A stretch of 64,000 nt of DNA from positions 2,202,655-2,266,654 of the forward strand of contig NMRA01000002.1 of the NCBI GenBank assembly GCA_002633005.1, in the 5' to 3' direction. Shown here one piece after another: positions 38,301 to 49,901 of the stretch. Source of the DNA: Phoronis australis. Lineage: Eukaryota > Animalia > Phoronida. A model generated the notes under the pieces. The model saw only the letters and a list, made by a program, of their open reading frames with translations, ran no database searches and was not told the DNA's origin. Position 1 is the first letter of the stretch. Each line of letters begins with the position of its first letter. A program made the position numbers and the translations under genes.

Positions 38301-41300
38301 ACACCGTTTCCCCATTCTTAGCGGACAATTTCTTGAGCTATAGACTAAAGTAAGATTTACTCGAGTACGTGTGGTTTGTCGCGTAAAATGGCGGCTTGGA
38401 AACGCAGACGAAGGTGTGCCAAGAATGCTGCGTTCTAATTGGTCAATTAAGCCGTCCGTCATAATCCTGCCGATAGGTCAATTGCACGCGTGAATCCGGA
38501 AGTAACTGATCAAGCTAATGTTAACTTACATTGGAGGATTCCATAACAAAATGTTTTATTTTTGAGAATGTGTTCTTTGCACTTGTCCATACCAGTTCAG
38601 TACAATCGCTCCAGTAACAACGAGCAAGTGAAGTCAAAGCTGGAGCTGTTTATTCTCTCAGGATACCCAGGGTACTTTTCAGCGCCTTCCGGATTGACGG
38701 AGTGCAATGCACCCGTATAATGCACTCGTATGGACAAGTGCAATGTTTTCGAAAGAAAACATTGACCTTCCATACATGTAGATGTACAGGAAAGCATCAG
38801 ACAAGTGTAAAATTCTGGCACTGGGGCAAGACTAACTCCGAAATTCGTACCCCAAAGAACCATAACAGATTTTGTACCTTTTAAATTTGTAATGGTGCAC
38901 CAACAAAATAGTCTTTCGCAGCAAAATTGATGAGATTCGCCATTTATTCATTTAAAAAAGACGAACAAGCCCGGGCTATACACGGTGATATATTTCAATT
39001 GATGTGATTCGTTCTTAAGCTCCAAACCGTTGTTTAAAAGGAAAGTGTTTATTTAAGTTGCAACTTAACGTTTTGAGTGACCTGCCGTTAGAAAACTTGG
39101 GCTGCGTTTTGGAAGACTACATCACAAATCCGTTGACAAGGTGTTGCAATCTCCGGCAAGAGTCACTATGCACTTCACACGTGAACGGCCATTGTTTATC
39201 CCTTGACTGTACCAACAACTCTGGAGTTTGCATGCCGGTATATCCAGCATTGGGTAGTGATCCCTTTGGCCGGATTGATGAAACAGGGGTAAGTAGAAAC
39301 TCCGTCGGATATCCAAATTTTCTGCGCATGTATGGTATTCTCCTTTCTATCGTCTTCCTATCGCTTCATCTTTGTTAGAAGCTCCTCTTTTACTGGCGAC
39401 ATTTTATCACTGAGTCCTAATTCCACTGACCGAAAATAAATAGAAACTTGGTCCCTAAATTAGGGGTGTTGTATAATTGCAAACGGTTGACCTAACAGAA
39501 AATAATAGAAGAATGCGCTGAAGATTTAGGGAAAGTAGCTGAGTTCCTGTCTGGGGCATTTCATACAGTCAGAATAGATTGAACATAAAAATAAAGAGCT
39601 CGTTTACCAAAGTTTTAGAAAAATTTCCTTCGTCGGGTACGAGCTTATCCATTGTTAGCCTTTGTGCAAAGATATATACAAAATACACAGCTTTGCGCGT
39701 CAAGAGCATAGTGTTTTCAAAACGACGACATACTTTTTATTGCTACAAAAGCCTGAGAATTAAGCAAGAAAACGACGTTTATTAAATTGTTTTTCACTTA
39801 AACCACTGTAACAAGCAAGGTGAGTGTCAGTTGACTGAAAGAGTTTGCACGAATTCCCGCCGTTTGTTAGCTCTACATGTTGATACAAGTTTCACGACGA
39901 GGTGACGAGCAAAACTACCTGGGTTGTGTGAAATTTCGGCGCCAACGGTGCTCAACACACAGTGTTACACTGTACCTAGCTGTACTTTGACGTCGTCATA
40001 CAGCTAGCTGGCTGATTAATCAATTTATTGTATGTCTAGTAGAAGATTGGGAGATATTCAGTGTCCTAATGTCGTATGAAATCACAAATATCGCTATACT
40101 TTTTTGACTTCGTCATATCGTAAATACGAGTGCTATTCTGGTGACGACCGGGACTTATTTACATAACAGCGAACTCTAAGCACGGATTCCTGTGCATCTT
40201 TCTTTTATCTGGTACTCGTGTATAATCTCATATGTAATCGGTTTGAGTGCGAAGTAAACAAAAAAGGGTCAAACTTCACGTCTTGCACATATACGTGGCC
40301 ACGTGACTTGTGCAAAATCTATATTGGCAATTACTCAGGTTTTCGAAAGTCAAGGACATGGAAATTCTGATCCACTCGTCTATTTAGTTTTTAAGTATTA
40401 ATAAAAATAAAAAATATGGGACAGCTATTTTTTGAAGAATGTACATGCTTTTGATATTCACGATGAAATAATCTAAGCTTTGTACACGTAGTTGATAAAT
40501 AAAAGGTTACTGCACTACAAACTTCATGTGCCAGTCTTTGCAAGTGGTGTAGTGGTAAAATTAGAAGTAAGTAGGCGCTCAATGCCCACCGTATCACCTT
40601 GAGCACTGAATTTTAAAAGTGCACTGAATTCGCACTATAACGCAACTTACGGTGCTTAGGCGCTACGTTTAAATGCCAAAAGGTGGTTGGCTTCGCCTAC
40701 GTGCGCCTACGCCTCACTACAGCACTGTGTCTTTGTAAAGTGTAACCTGAGCAAAATGTGTTGACATTTTTTTACGTGTGGTGGCAGTGTCTCAAGTTTT
40801 GGAAATCCAAGTACTTGGTGTGCGATTTTTATGAGCTCTGACACAACACGCTCAGATTTACTACTACGTGTCCTCAGCTTACGAGAACGTGTGCATTGTA
40901 CTCGTTCATACTGAAATATGTGAGTATTTTGCAAACGTATATTTACATGTATAACGATGTACATGTGAATCCCTAAGTCGTTCTCATTGCGAATATTTAT
41001 ACTCTGGTACCCGCGGTTGATTAAAATCAAGATGGTATGATTTTTGCCTTCACCATGGGGGTACTGTGATCTGTGCGTGATGTTTCAGCGATATTCGTAT
41101 TCATGTGTGCATTGTGCAGTGACAATTGCAAAGCAATGCACGCATTCGGAAAATAACACTTGTGTTGCTGCGATAGGCTATTGCAGTACAATCTGAGCTC
41201 CACGTGTTTTTCGGTGACTTTCAGATTGACACCTTCATTGTTCAGCGACGATAGCGCTGTTCAGGTGCAACGTGAACGTGTGAACGAGTCATTGCAATGA

Positions 41301-44300
41301 CGTTCCTTAGCAATCAATTTTAGGCCTCTGTTATTCACGGTGAATTACCAAAAACTTTTGCTAACTAAAATGATGACGTTATATGTACGCAGTCTTTGTA
41401 AAGTGTAACCAGGGCTCCTTACTCTCTCTAATGACAGGCTCAACAGATGCATTTCTTATGGTAAACGACCGTAATTTCTACAAACATGATTTTTCGGTCG
41501 AAACTTGCAAATTTTATTTCTTTATTCCATAAGCTACAAAGAGTGCCCGGGATTTTCTTTGAAGGCTTTATTACATGACAACAAACTGGCGTTCATAGTC
41601 CTCATTAAACCTTTCTCGGACGTTTTGAGAACGAGTAAACTGATGAGTGCTTTTCCGTCTCTGATACTATTATGATAAACGTAAACGTAACTTTCATTGT
41701 TTTAACCCACCTAAAATATATCATACTGAAATTTTGCTTTAGAAATTCAGTTAATTTTTTTGAAAATCAGAATGGTTGAGTGTAAGTACGTAGTTTCATG
41801 TTTTATAAGCATAATGTGCCTTGACAAGACTGAAGTTTTGATGAAGAGAAGAAGTGAACTGATCTAAAATTCCCAGAACAAAATAAACCATGGGCCAGCG
41901 TTGGTGGTTCGGTCGGCTGATTTTAAGTGAAAGTAAGCTGACTATAGGCGAGAGCTGTGAGCTCAGATAATTTTCAGCTGAGTCAGCCAAATGAAATCAT
42001 CGCTCTCCATCTGCGCTGGCCCTCAGGCTTAAGAGCAACCAGCTTATAAGCGAACCAATGCTCGAGCATCAAGCGCAAGCGTAAGGCTTCTGAAAGTTCG
42101 TGCAGCAGGCAACTGTCTCATTTGAATCGGCCTCGTCTTACGACGTGTTGCGCCACACAATTCGAAAGGCACTTTCCTACGGGGGACAGATAGATAAAAT
42201 TTGACCAGATTCACAGAGGACAACGCTTGTCCTCTGATAAGGCTTGTCATCAAATTATCTCTCCTACATTATTTTTGCCAGTTGTTGCTGGATAATGCTC
42301 CTGAGCATATATTGGCAATGGTTTTATCGCAGTGCTGAATTAAAGAGGCTACAAACCAAACTTGCCTAACTCCGTCGAAAACTAACTGTTGATCTAGGGG
42401 ACTTGCTGTTACAAATGTAGCCTCTTTCTTGTTTCTTGTTCATATTAGGGATGATTTGCGGGCTTGGGTACAACTTTCAAGATCAAGCTCTGTAATTTGG
42501 TTTGTCACAGACTGTCATTTCTTTCATCAAGATTGGCTTTCGAAGCACAAACAATTACACTGTCAGTTCTTTCATACTGTATACAAAATATCATTCTTCG
42601 TCCGAGAAGGGAACACGTTGAGATAAGTTTTATAGAAAAAAAGTGGTCTAATTTGAACGTAGCTTTATTTTTGATGGTCACTGGAGGGCTTTTATTCGTG
42701 TCAAACAAGGCCCTGAACAGACCAGGCGCTATGTTTTAGGTACCTGTGCAGAGCTGGCGCTATGTCTCAAGTCCCCCCCTCTATAATCTTAGGGCCCTGC
42801 ACGGACCTGGCGCTATATCTATAGCTACCGACAAGGCAACTGGCAGATTCCGGACATGTCAGTTTCTAACCACGCGTATACCGAATTTAGCGATTGTGAG
42901 AAACTAAGCAGTCCCAGTTACCCCCAGTCACGCTTGCGCACTCCGTTGAAAGCGACTGCCGTGCAGTGACAGAGTTGTGAAACATTGAAAAGTACGCTAG
43001 GAGGCGCTTGTAATCACGTGACTTACATAAAGACGTGTGTATTTGCCACTGTAACTTAGATACATGTATTTGGCGGGTAGTTATATACTTTCCGGCAGAA
43101 TTCCTTTTTATGCAGTTGACCAGTTTTCTTTTCATACAGTCCTTAAGATCAAGTTTTGAGTAAATATCCACATTTCAACGAGAACATCGTCCGCAGAATT
43201 GGTCCAAGCCATAAACATCACATGATATCTATGGTCCAAACATTCGTTCTTTTATTGGGTTTTAGTGTAAAATTAGGTCACATGACAATCACATGGTCGC
43301 TAAAATATGACCACTAGTTGCAGCAAGGCGTACATCGGGGTAGCGGACCAACGAAACTGAGTGGAACCGGTGGCGAGAAAGTAGAACATGTTGAAACTGA
43401 CGACAACCGAGCGATCAGCTGCATGTATACGCCGTCAGTGGGAGAAGACACACATCGGTCAGGAAAGCAATGACAAACCGTTCAGATTCCGTCAGTTGCT
43501 CTCAATTGTCGGCCGGTAACCTAGCTGTTTACAACTGCATCAGGTTGCGTTCAGTTTTAAGGTCGATGTACCACGCTAGCCTTTAGGACCTTGCACAGAC
43601 CTGCACAGACCAGTCACTATATCTTGGGGCCCAGCACAGACCAGGCGCTATTTCTTAGGGCCCTAAACAGACCCGGCCAGGCGCTATATCTTAGGGCCAT
43701 GCACAGACCAGGCACTAGAGGCCTGCACTGATCAAGCGCTCCGGCTTCGCCCTCGCAGCCACAAGGGCACGTTTTGCAACGCTTGATACTTGTGACAATG
43801 GTGAGGCGCGAGATTAAAACTTTCCAGTGGTAAGACCAGGAGAAGTATGAATATTTGTTCGCTCAAATCACGAATTGAAGACGCACTTCACTGATGATCG
43901 TTCTCTCTTCTGATCTTGCCTCGATTAATTCTAGTTCACGGTTTGTTATACGAGTCAATTGCCGAAAAGAGATAATTAATGTTAGTGGAGAATGTGCGCA
44001 TTTTTGACAAGTATTCTGTGATTGATGGATATACAATGCTGCCTCCCATGCTACTACAGGTTTGACATCGTGTTAGACCGTAAACTTTAACATTCTCGGT
44101 AAAAACTTTCCTCCGAAAAATCAGTATGCAAACAAAAAAGCCGCTTTAGCGGCTAATCTTCCATTCTTCAACATTTCCTTTGAGTGTGTGGACATGAAAA
44201 AAGACAAATCGTGCGAAACACGGAGACTAACAGCTTAAACTATACCTGTAGAAAATAGGGCCTTGATGTAAACAGGCAAGAACAAGTCAAAAAAATAACT

Positions 44301-44787
44301 ATTATTTCGCTACATTAACTGATTTGTTGCTTTAAACAAATGAGAATCCATCCGGAAAACATCAAGTGAACTGCAAAAAACACATCAGCAGTAATTCATT
44401 GATGAAATGTCTCTGCATGTGACCGTAGACGACATGGCATTACTTTAACACGAATTCGTTCCTTTAAAATAGGAACTCCGATGCTCGAGCAATGTCTTTA
44501 TACATTACATTTAGTGTATATATTTTTATATATTTATTGCCCTGTAATCACGATTTATTCAAAGATTTCCCTTTAAAATGCAAACTAACACATTAAAAGC
44601 ATCTGTGACTGAACCGTAGAACTGACAAAGATAATTCCGCTTACCTGTACTTCGGCGTATAGGCGATAAAAACAGACGCTAACATGTGAATTGCGCACGG
44701 AATGGCAGGTAGGCAGAGCAAAAAGTAAATGCGCATTTGATAACGACCAAATGTCCCCAAACTTTCAAGAATTTCGTCAAAATTCAT
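20319..44787 (-). CDS. SLC22/Orct-like organic cation transporter, gene B (complete, 11 coding exons, 585 aa)
   Basis: Exons with GT-AG boundaries: 44787-44645, 32282-32030, 30990-30887, 30043-29889, 28574-28406, 28043-27962, 27709-27558, 25632-25412, 25124-24943, 24091-23940, 20463-20319; sum 1758 nt, in frame. SLC22 motifs: [81 protein letters not shown]; ends AEDRL*. The exon 6 acceptor has a weak polypyrimidine tract, but its 82-nt length matches gene A. Confidence 0.92.
20540..21900 (-). mobile_element. One or two heavily decayed Tc1/mariner transposase remnants in the last intron of gene B
   Basis: Minus-strand fragments LEGM..AVARRL (about 21810-21755), IGHLIWE (about 21435-21410), GKTTTED (about 21005-20985) and [10 protein letters not shown] (about 20715-20683) resemble the Tc1 HTH, RKTT and SPDLNPIEHLW motifs; many indels. 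Confidence 0.45.
22123..22263. mobile_element. Same MITE family, short copy
   Basis: CAGTCGCGGATTT ... GGATCCGCCCCTG; degenerate 5-bp flanks aaacc/gcacc. Confidence 0.6.
29320..29488 (-). CDS. Candidate alternative (mutually exclusive) exon 5 of gene B
   Basis: 169 nt, tttag acceptor and gtaag donor, phase 1 start and phase 2 end exactly as exon 28574-28406. Open frame [56 protein letters not shown] aligns without gaps to the canonical exon. Confidence 0.7.
32355..33817 (-). mobile_element. 5'-truncated non-LTR retrotransposon (L2/Crack/Daphne or RTE-X-like) in gene B intron 1
   Basis: FYADD RT motif near 33740; C-terminal [23 protein letters not shown]; AATAAA plus (TTAC)n tail near 32355-32385; ATTACA TSD at 32349-32354 and 33818-33823; absent from gene C intron 1. 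Confidence 0.88.
34277..35851 (-). mobile_element. Second full-length copy of the same Kolobok-type element, inverted
   Basis: TTAA at 34273-34276 and 35852-35855; same TIRs; THAP ORF 35694-35410 (RCIVPACSN...RRWLAVVKN...VCGRHF). Confidence 0.8.
36584..38480. mobile_element. ISL2EU/PIF-Harbinger-like non-autonomous element (other copies about 22278-23915 and 62812-63012)
   Basis: AT|AGACCTATCG ... CGATAGGTCA|AT termini; about 1.6 kb collinear with 22278-23915; right-end fragment at 62812-63012. Superfamily inferred only from the termini and AT TSD. Confidence 0.6.
37163..37430. mobile_element. Same MITE family, nested in the ISL2EU-like element
   Basis: TSD GAATT at 37158-37162 and 37431-37435; absent from the other copy of the host element near 22876. 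Confidence 0.75.
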
Positions 44788-47002
44788 TTTGTCGATCAAC
44801 GTAGAATATCAGAAATTCAAGAAGAACTACACGGTGCTAACTGATCTGTCTCCTATATATGCTCTCCGTCACTGTGACGAGGGGCCGAATGATGGCAGTC
44901 TTTTAAATAATTAATGTTTAACTTGAGATAACGGTCTAAGCTGTCTAATCTGAAGTTTGCTTATGTCACTTTAGAAATTTTGCGGACCGCTGAAAGTTAT
45001 CAGCCCAACGAGCGTGTCCATGCAACGAGAGCCGGAGAAAGACGAAATGTTTCAATCCATCAAGCGTCGATAAAACTCGCCCCAACACGTTCCACTTTCA
45101 GGTTATAAACGATTTCTTAGCTTGTGAAGAATTGGCAATGCATACAAGTGTTAGGGGTCTGGCAGACAGGCGCGTGAGAATCATATTGAGGTCTACAGAT
45201 TCCACTGAGTTGTGACAAATGATAAGAACGCTATGACGTGGACACGCAATGTTCAACGCCCTTGAAGAAGGCTATTTTTGAAATCAACCACGGGTGATTT
45301 TGGACTTTGGTTTATAGATATATTGTAAAGCACAACTAAAAACATCAACATGTCTAAAACCGAGATCACTTAAAATGGCATAGAACGTAAAAAACAGAGT
45401 ATGGGATATAGTGCGCTGTTTTCGTTCAATGAACATTTCTGGCTGCACGTGCATGGCTGATGCCTTGGGTTTACACAACGCATCTAGGACGAGAAATCTG
45501 TTTTCGGCAGTCTTACGTCTACGATTTTCAGACTTATTAGTGTTAGTGTGAATGATGCTTTAGTGATGTTGAGTATGCTAATAAGGCATGAACAATGTAT
45601 ATAGTGTTTTCACCTTCTTTTCTGTGTAACAGAGACGAGAATTTGAATGTTCATCAAAATTACCAGAAGTTGGATGAAGGCAACAGAAAATGCATCATCT
45701 GTGTTGAAACAAATCTCCGCCGAGGCTGGACTTGTACATTTAATAATCGCCGGTAAGGTTTGTGCTTTGTAAAGTACTGGAACAATAGTTTTGAAAGAGA
45801 AAGAAGTTTCAAAACGGAGATCTAATCTGAAAGCACTACACTTTGTGCCGGCAACAGTGCCCGGGGTCTAAACGTTTTAATTGAAATTGAACTCGTAATT
45901 ACGTTTGGCATATTCTATTCTACTTTTATGCGAATTCAATATAAGTGTCTCTTATTCTGTGCTCGAGTACATAATGGCTTTTGTAAATAGCTCTAATTTC
46001 GATTCTGAATTTAAAATTTCGAGTAAAAATTCGAAAGCAGCAGCCGTCGAAGTCAGTAGCAGCGCTGGTGACCGCATTCAGTGCTAAGTTTCCCCCGAGA
46101 CGCGTGACCCGAATTTTGCTCACTACGGTAGGGAACGACCAGCCTTAATTGGCTAGGGTCAGCACTTAGATTTTAAACCCAATTTCTCAGCGGGAGACAG
46201 TTCACATGCGTCTCAGATGTCAAATTTGGTTATGGCTGTCCACTATTAAATATTGAAATTTGCGCTTTCACAGACGCGACTAATTTGTTGCCTGCGTTCG
46301 CCTAAAGCAAATACGTTTCAGCGACTTTGAATGAAAAAATGTTCAACTAGGAGAGAAGTTACATTAACTTGATGAGTGAAAGTCACGGAATTAACAGATG
46401 ACGTTCTACAAGTAAATTGCTTTGATAACAAGACAGAAATTACGTAACTCGTCGGGCCCTAGGGGGAAACTTGGCTATGGCAATGAGTAGCTGCAACAGC
46501 AGAAGCGTGGTAGCAGTAATAGTAACAACAGTAGTAGCAGTAGCAGTAGTAGAATATAGTGGAACGAGTAGTATAAGTAGCTGAAGCAGTACTAGTAATG
46601 GCAGTAGTAGTAATAGAAGAAGTATTGCCACTGCTAGTAGAAGTAGTAGTGGTGGTTGTGAGTAGTAAAAATAGCACTAATAGCTACATATTATAGCATT
46701 AAGTAGTACTCCACTGGACATTTACGATGTCTTGATTTCAGGATGTTTTAAGCATACATGTAGCTTGAACTGAACAATGACATAGCACTTTTAAACGGGG
46801 TGCACAAACATGCAGTGACGATTTTTTATAATGCAAATAATTGAAATCAAGATAATACTGTTTGTGCGGTGTCAGTCAAGCTATTATCTTCAACAAAACA
46901 GGGTAAATATAATGGACGCCCTCTCCATCAACAATATTTCCAGACGAAAGGAGACAGATTGTTCTTCGAAGAACGTGGCACACTCAGCACCGTCAAACAA
47001 TC

Positions 47003-47246
47003 ATCACCACCACATTACCACCACCACCACCACCACCTCCACCACCAGCACCACCACAACCACCACCACCACCACAACCACCACCACCTCCACTTAGAAG
47101 TAAAGATTTCAGGCAGTTTACAGAGCACGAACAAGGAAAAGTGGCAGAGGTTACCCTAGCCAATAAATTGAAGTGGTTGTTCAATGTAATTAGGCCACCT
47201 AACCCTTTTAGGTAACTACACAAACACACACACACACACCCACACA

Positions 47247-47290
<44 letters not shown>

Positions 47291-47300
47291 CACACGCACA
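47003..47300. repeat. (CAC)n and (CA)n microsatellites
   Basis: 47003-47092 (CAC)n; 47223-47300 (CA)n. Confidence 0.9.
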
Positions 47301-49901
47301 CGTGTTGGCTTGAACAAACTACAAAGATGAAAAAAAACCAAAAGGTAAGCTTCAGATCTAACACAGTTCTTCTCCGTTTCTCTGCCTGGACTAGAAACGT
47401 GGCTACATTGGTTATAACATGGGTGAGAATAAACAAAAACTCCAGAACTTCAGGTGTGATAACAGCCATCAACTTTTACAAATATTTCATTTCTAGTATT
47501 TGCATGGTGTGAATAACCATTTCCCATATACATGTACCTGCCTGTTGAAATATACCTTATCGCAAGATGACGATAGAGTAGTTGGATTTAATGCAGTGGG
47601 GGTATTTTTCAACGTTTCGTATAAGTTGTTTACGACCACCATGCCATCAAATTTCCACACTCCACCCAAGATTGTCTAACCTTTTGAACTGTCCGTGAAC
47701 GACGTCCCTGTCAACACTGGAGCCTGCCTTGCCATACAAGAATTAGAAATTGAGTAAAAATCAAAGGCTGCGTTCTTGCGGCTCTCGAGATCACAGGACT
47801 ATGAATAATGTTTTTAAATAGTGAAGACCTTGAGACTGATAGCCCATGTGATTTACGGAAACGTGAACTAGCCGTCAACAGCCTATGCTGGGGTCTGTGT
47901 CTCAAAAAGACGACCTTTGTTTTTCACTTAATCCAAAAGTAATAAATCTAAGTAAAAATGGCCAAAACATGATTATTTATTTCGCGTTTATCGAAAAGTC
48001 TCGTTTTCTGTATATAGTCTAGCACACTACGGATTTCTGTCTTTTGATTTCGAGTTGTAGACAGATTACCTGTCCCAAGTTTCAGCTGTAACAGAGGTGG
48101 TATCTACGATCAAGGATTCCCGACTTTTGCGAGCCCGGTGCGGACAGAGGGTGATATTGAAATCTAAAATCGGTGAATAATACATAGTTTTATTATAATA
48201 ATATAAAAGTACAATATGTCACTCTTACAAGCAATCCGTCGGTATATCGCAGCGTTGTGATTTTAAGCACTTTGGTACACGGGCAGGCCAGTCGCTATTT
48301 GTAAGTTGTATGTGCATAAATGGAGACAATTTAGTTTTTGATCCGAAATATGAACAGCAATCAAGCTCAGGAGGAGTCTGAGAATTGCTGGGGACTAACC
48401 TATTGACAACAAGGTTCGGGAGGAGCCCGAAAGCTGCCGGCACGAATAGTTGGAGTTTGGTGTCAGTGAGAGTGTAGATGTTGACTTCTTGAGCTCAGCG
48501 ACTGGACTCCTCTTGTCTAACAAAGACGATGCTTATGTACACAAGTTCATCCGATTAGACACGATCTGAAGGGGCTAGGCCCATAATTCCTAGGATCTGA
48601 CCAAGCATGGCCAAATTTGGTCATGGCCAAAGGACCCAAAAATACAGGAAAATTCCACACGTAATGTACAGCTTGACCACCAGAGGGCGCATACAACTCA
48701 ATTACATAATCGTGCACAGTGCACTCTTAGTACAGCAGCCCGCTTGACAGGCTGATGAAAAAAATCCGTCCCTTGAAGTTTAAAATTTTTCCCGTTCAAG
48801 CCTGTGTGAAGGATCGCTCAGAAGGCCAATACATTTAAGTCCCGTTTTTCGTGAAATTCATATCGCTACCTGATTCAAGTTTGTCGATAGATTAAGCGAT
48901 GACCAGGAGTGATATCATTGACTTCTACTTCGTCGGAAAGTCTTCGATGCCCTATTGAAGATGGATCGGCGTTTAGTGCTATACAAAGATTTGCTACCGA
49001 CCGTTTCTTGTCTTTCAATTGAACCTGCACTCTGTTGAGGATAGCTTAGCTCGCAATCGACAAGAAACTTTGTTGTGTCTATTTTCCGACCCGGGACGAT
49101 ATTGGGAATAATTCTCGAAGTTAAAATTTTAGAATTATCGTCAGTAAGGCTACTGTCTTAAGAAATTACTTCGTTTTCAATCCGAAAATTAGACAGATAC
49201 CTGTAAATACAGCAGCGATTTGTTTCATCCATTTTAAGTGTTTGGCAATCTTGTTAAAAATGATCATGTTCACTCCGGTATTTGCCTAATAATCAAATAA
49301 ATGGATCAGTGCAAAAGTATGTTATTCTCCCCAAATGTCGAGTACATAATTTCAACAACTCCGCCCGCCTTCGTCTTATTTTATGTTACGTAGGAATGGA
49401 TTACGAGCTTATATACGACATTGTCAAACATCTGAAGATTATCACTAGCTATTGGAAATGCTTTGGCAGATATCAAAGTAAGCTGAAACATGCATTCCGG
49501 GCGGCTGTGGCCGAGCATTTGGTGAGTCAACAGGCTATTGCTACCTCCGTGACCCAGCAACGACTCTAATACTCTAAACTGTGAATTCCAGACGTTGCAA
49601 CAACTGATGATAACGTATATTTACAAACCATTTAGCTTTCGACTGTGATGGATGAAGAAGACTGCCGTACAAGACAGTCAAAAGCTCTATGGTTTGTAAA
49701 CCTCCCTGCTTATGATAAGATAACCTGAACTACATGTTTGGACATGCATAGAATCCAGTAGTGCAGATGATTTATTGAAAACTGTCAAGCAATGCTCCCA
49801 AGACAATTGGGTTGCTCAGTTGGTGTCTAGCCCTGGCTTACTGACCCAGCTTTGACCTAGCTTCCATACGTTCTTATCATTCGTTAAGTTGAGTCTTTGG
49901 C

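Noticed and set aside
42040-42710. Penelope GIY-YIG remnant (also KLLEAMEIK near 13740)
   Set aside because: Only faint motif resemblance; cannot be supported without a profile search.
44851-44862. TATA box upstream of the gene B ATG
   Set aside because: Weak match, altered in gene C, and the transcription start is unknown.
46831-47472. Poly-His, poly-Thr and Cys-Val repeat ORFs
   Set aside because: Translations of (CAC)n and (CA)n microsatellites.
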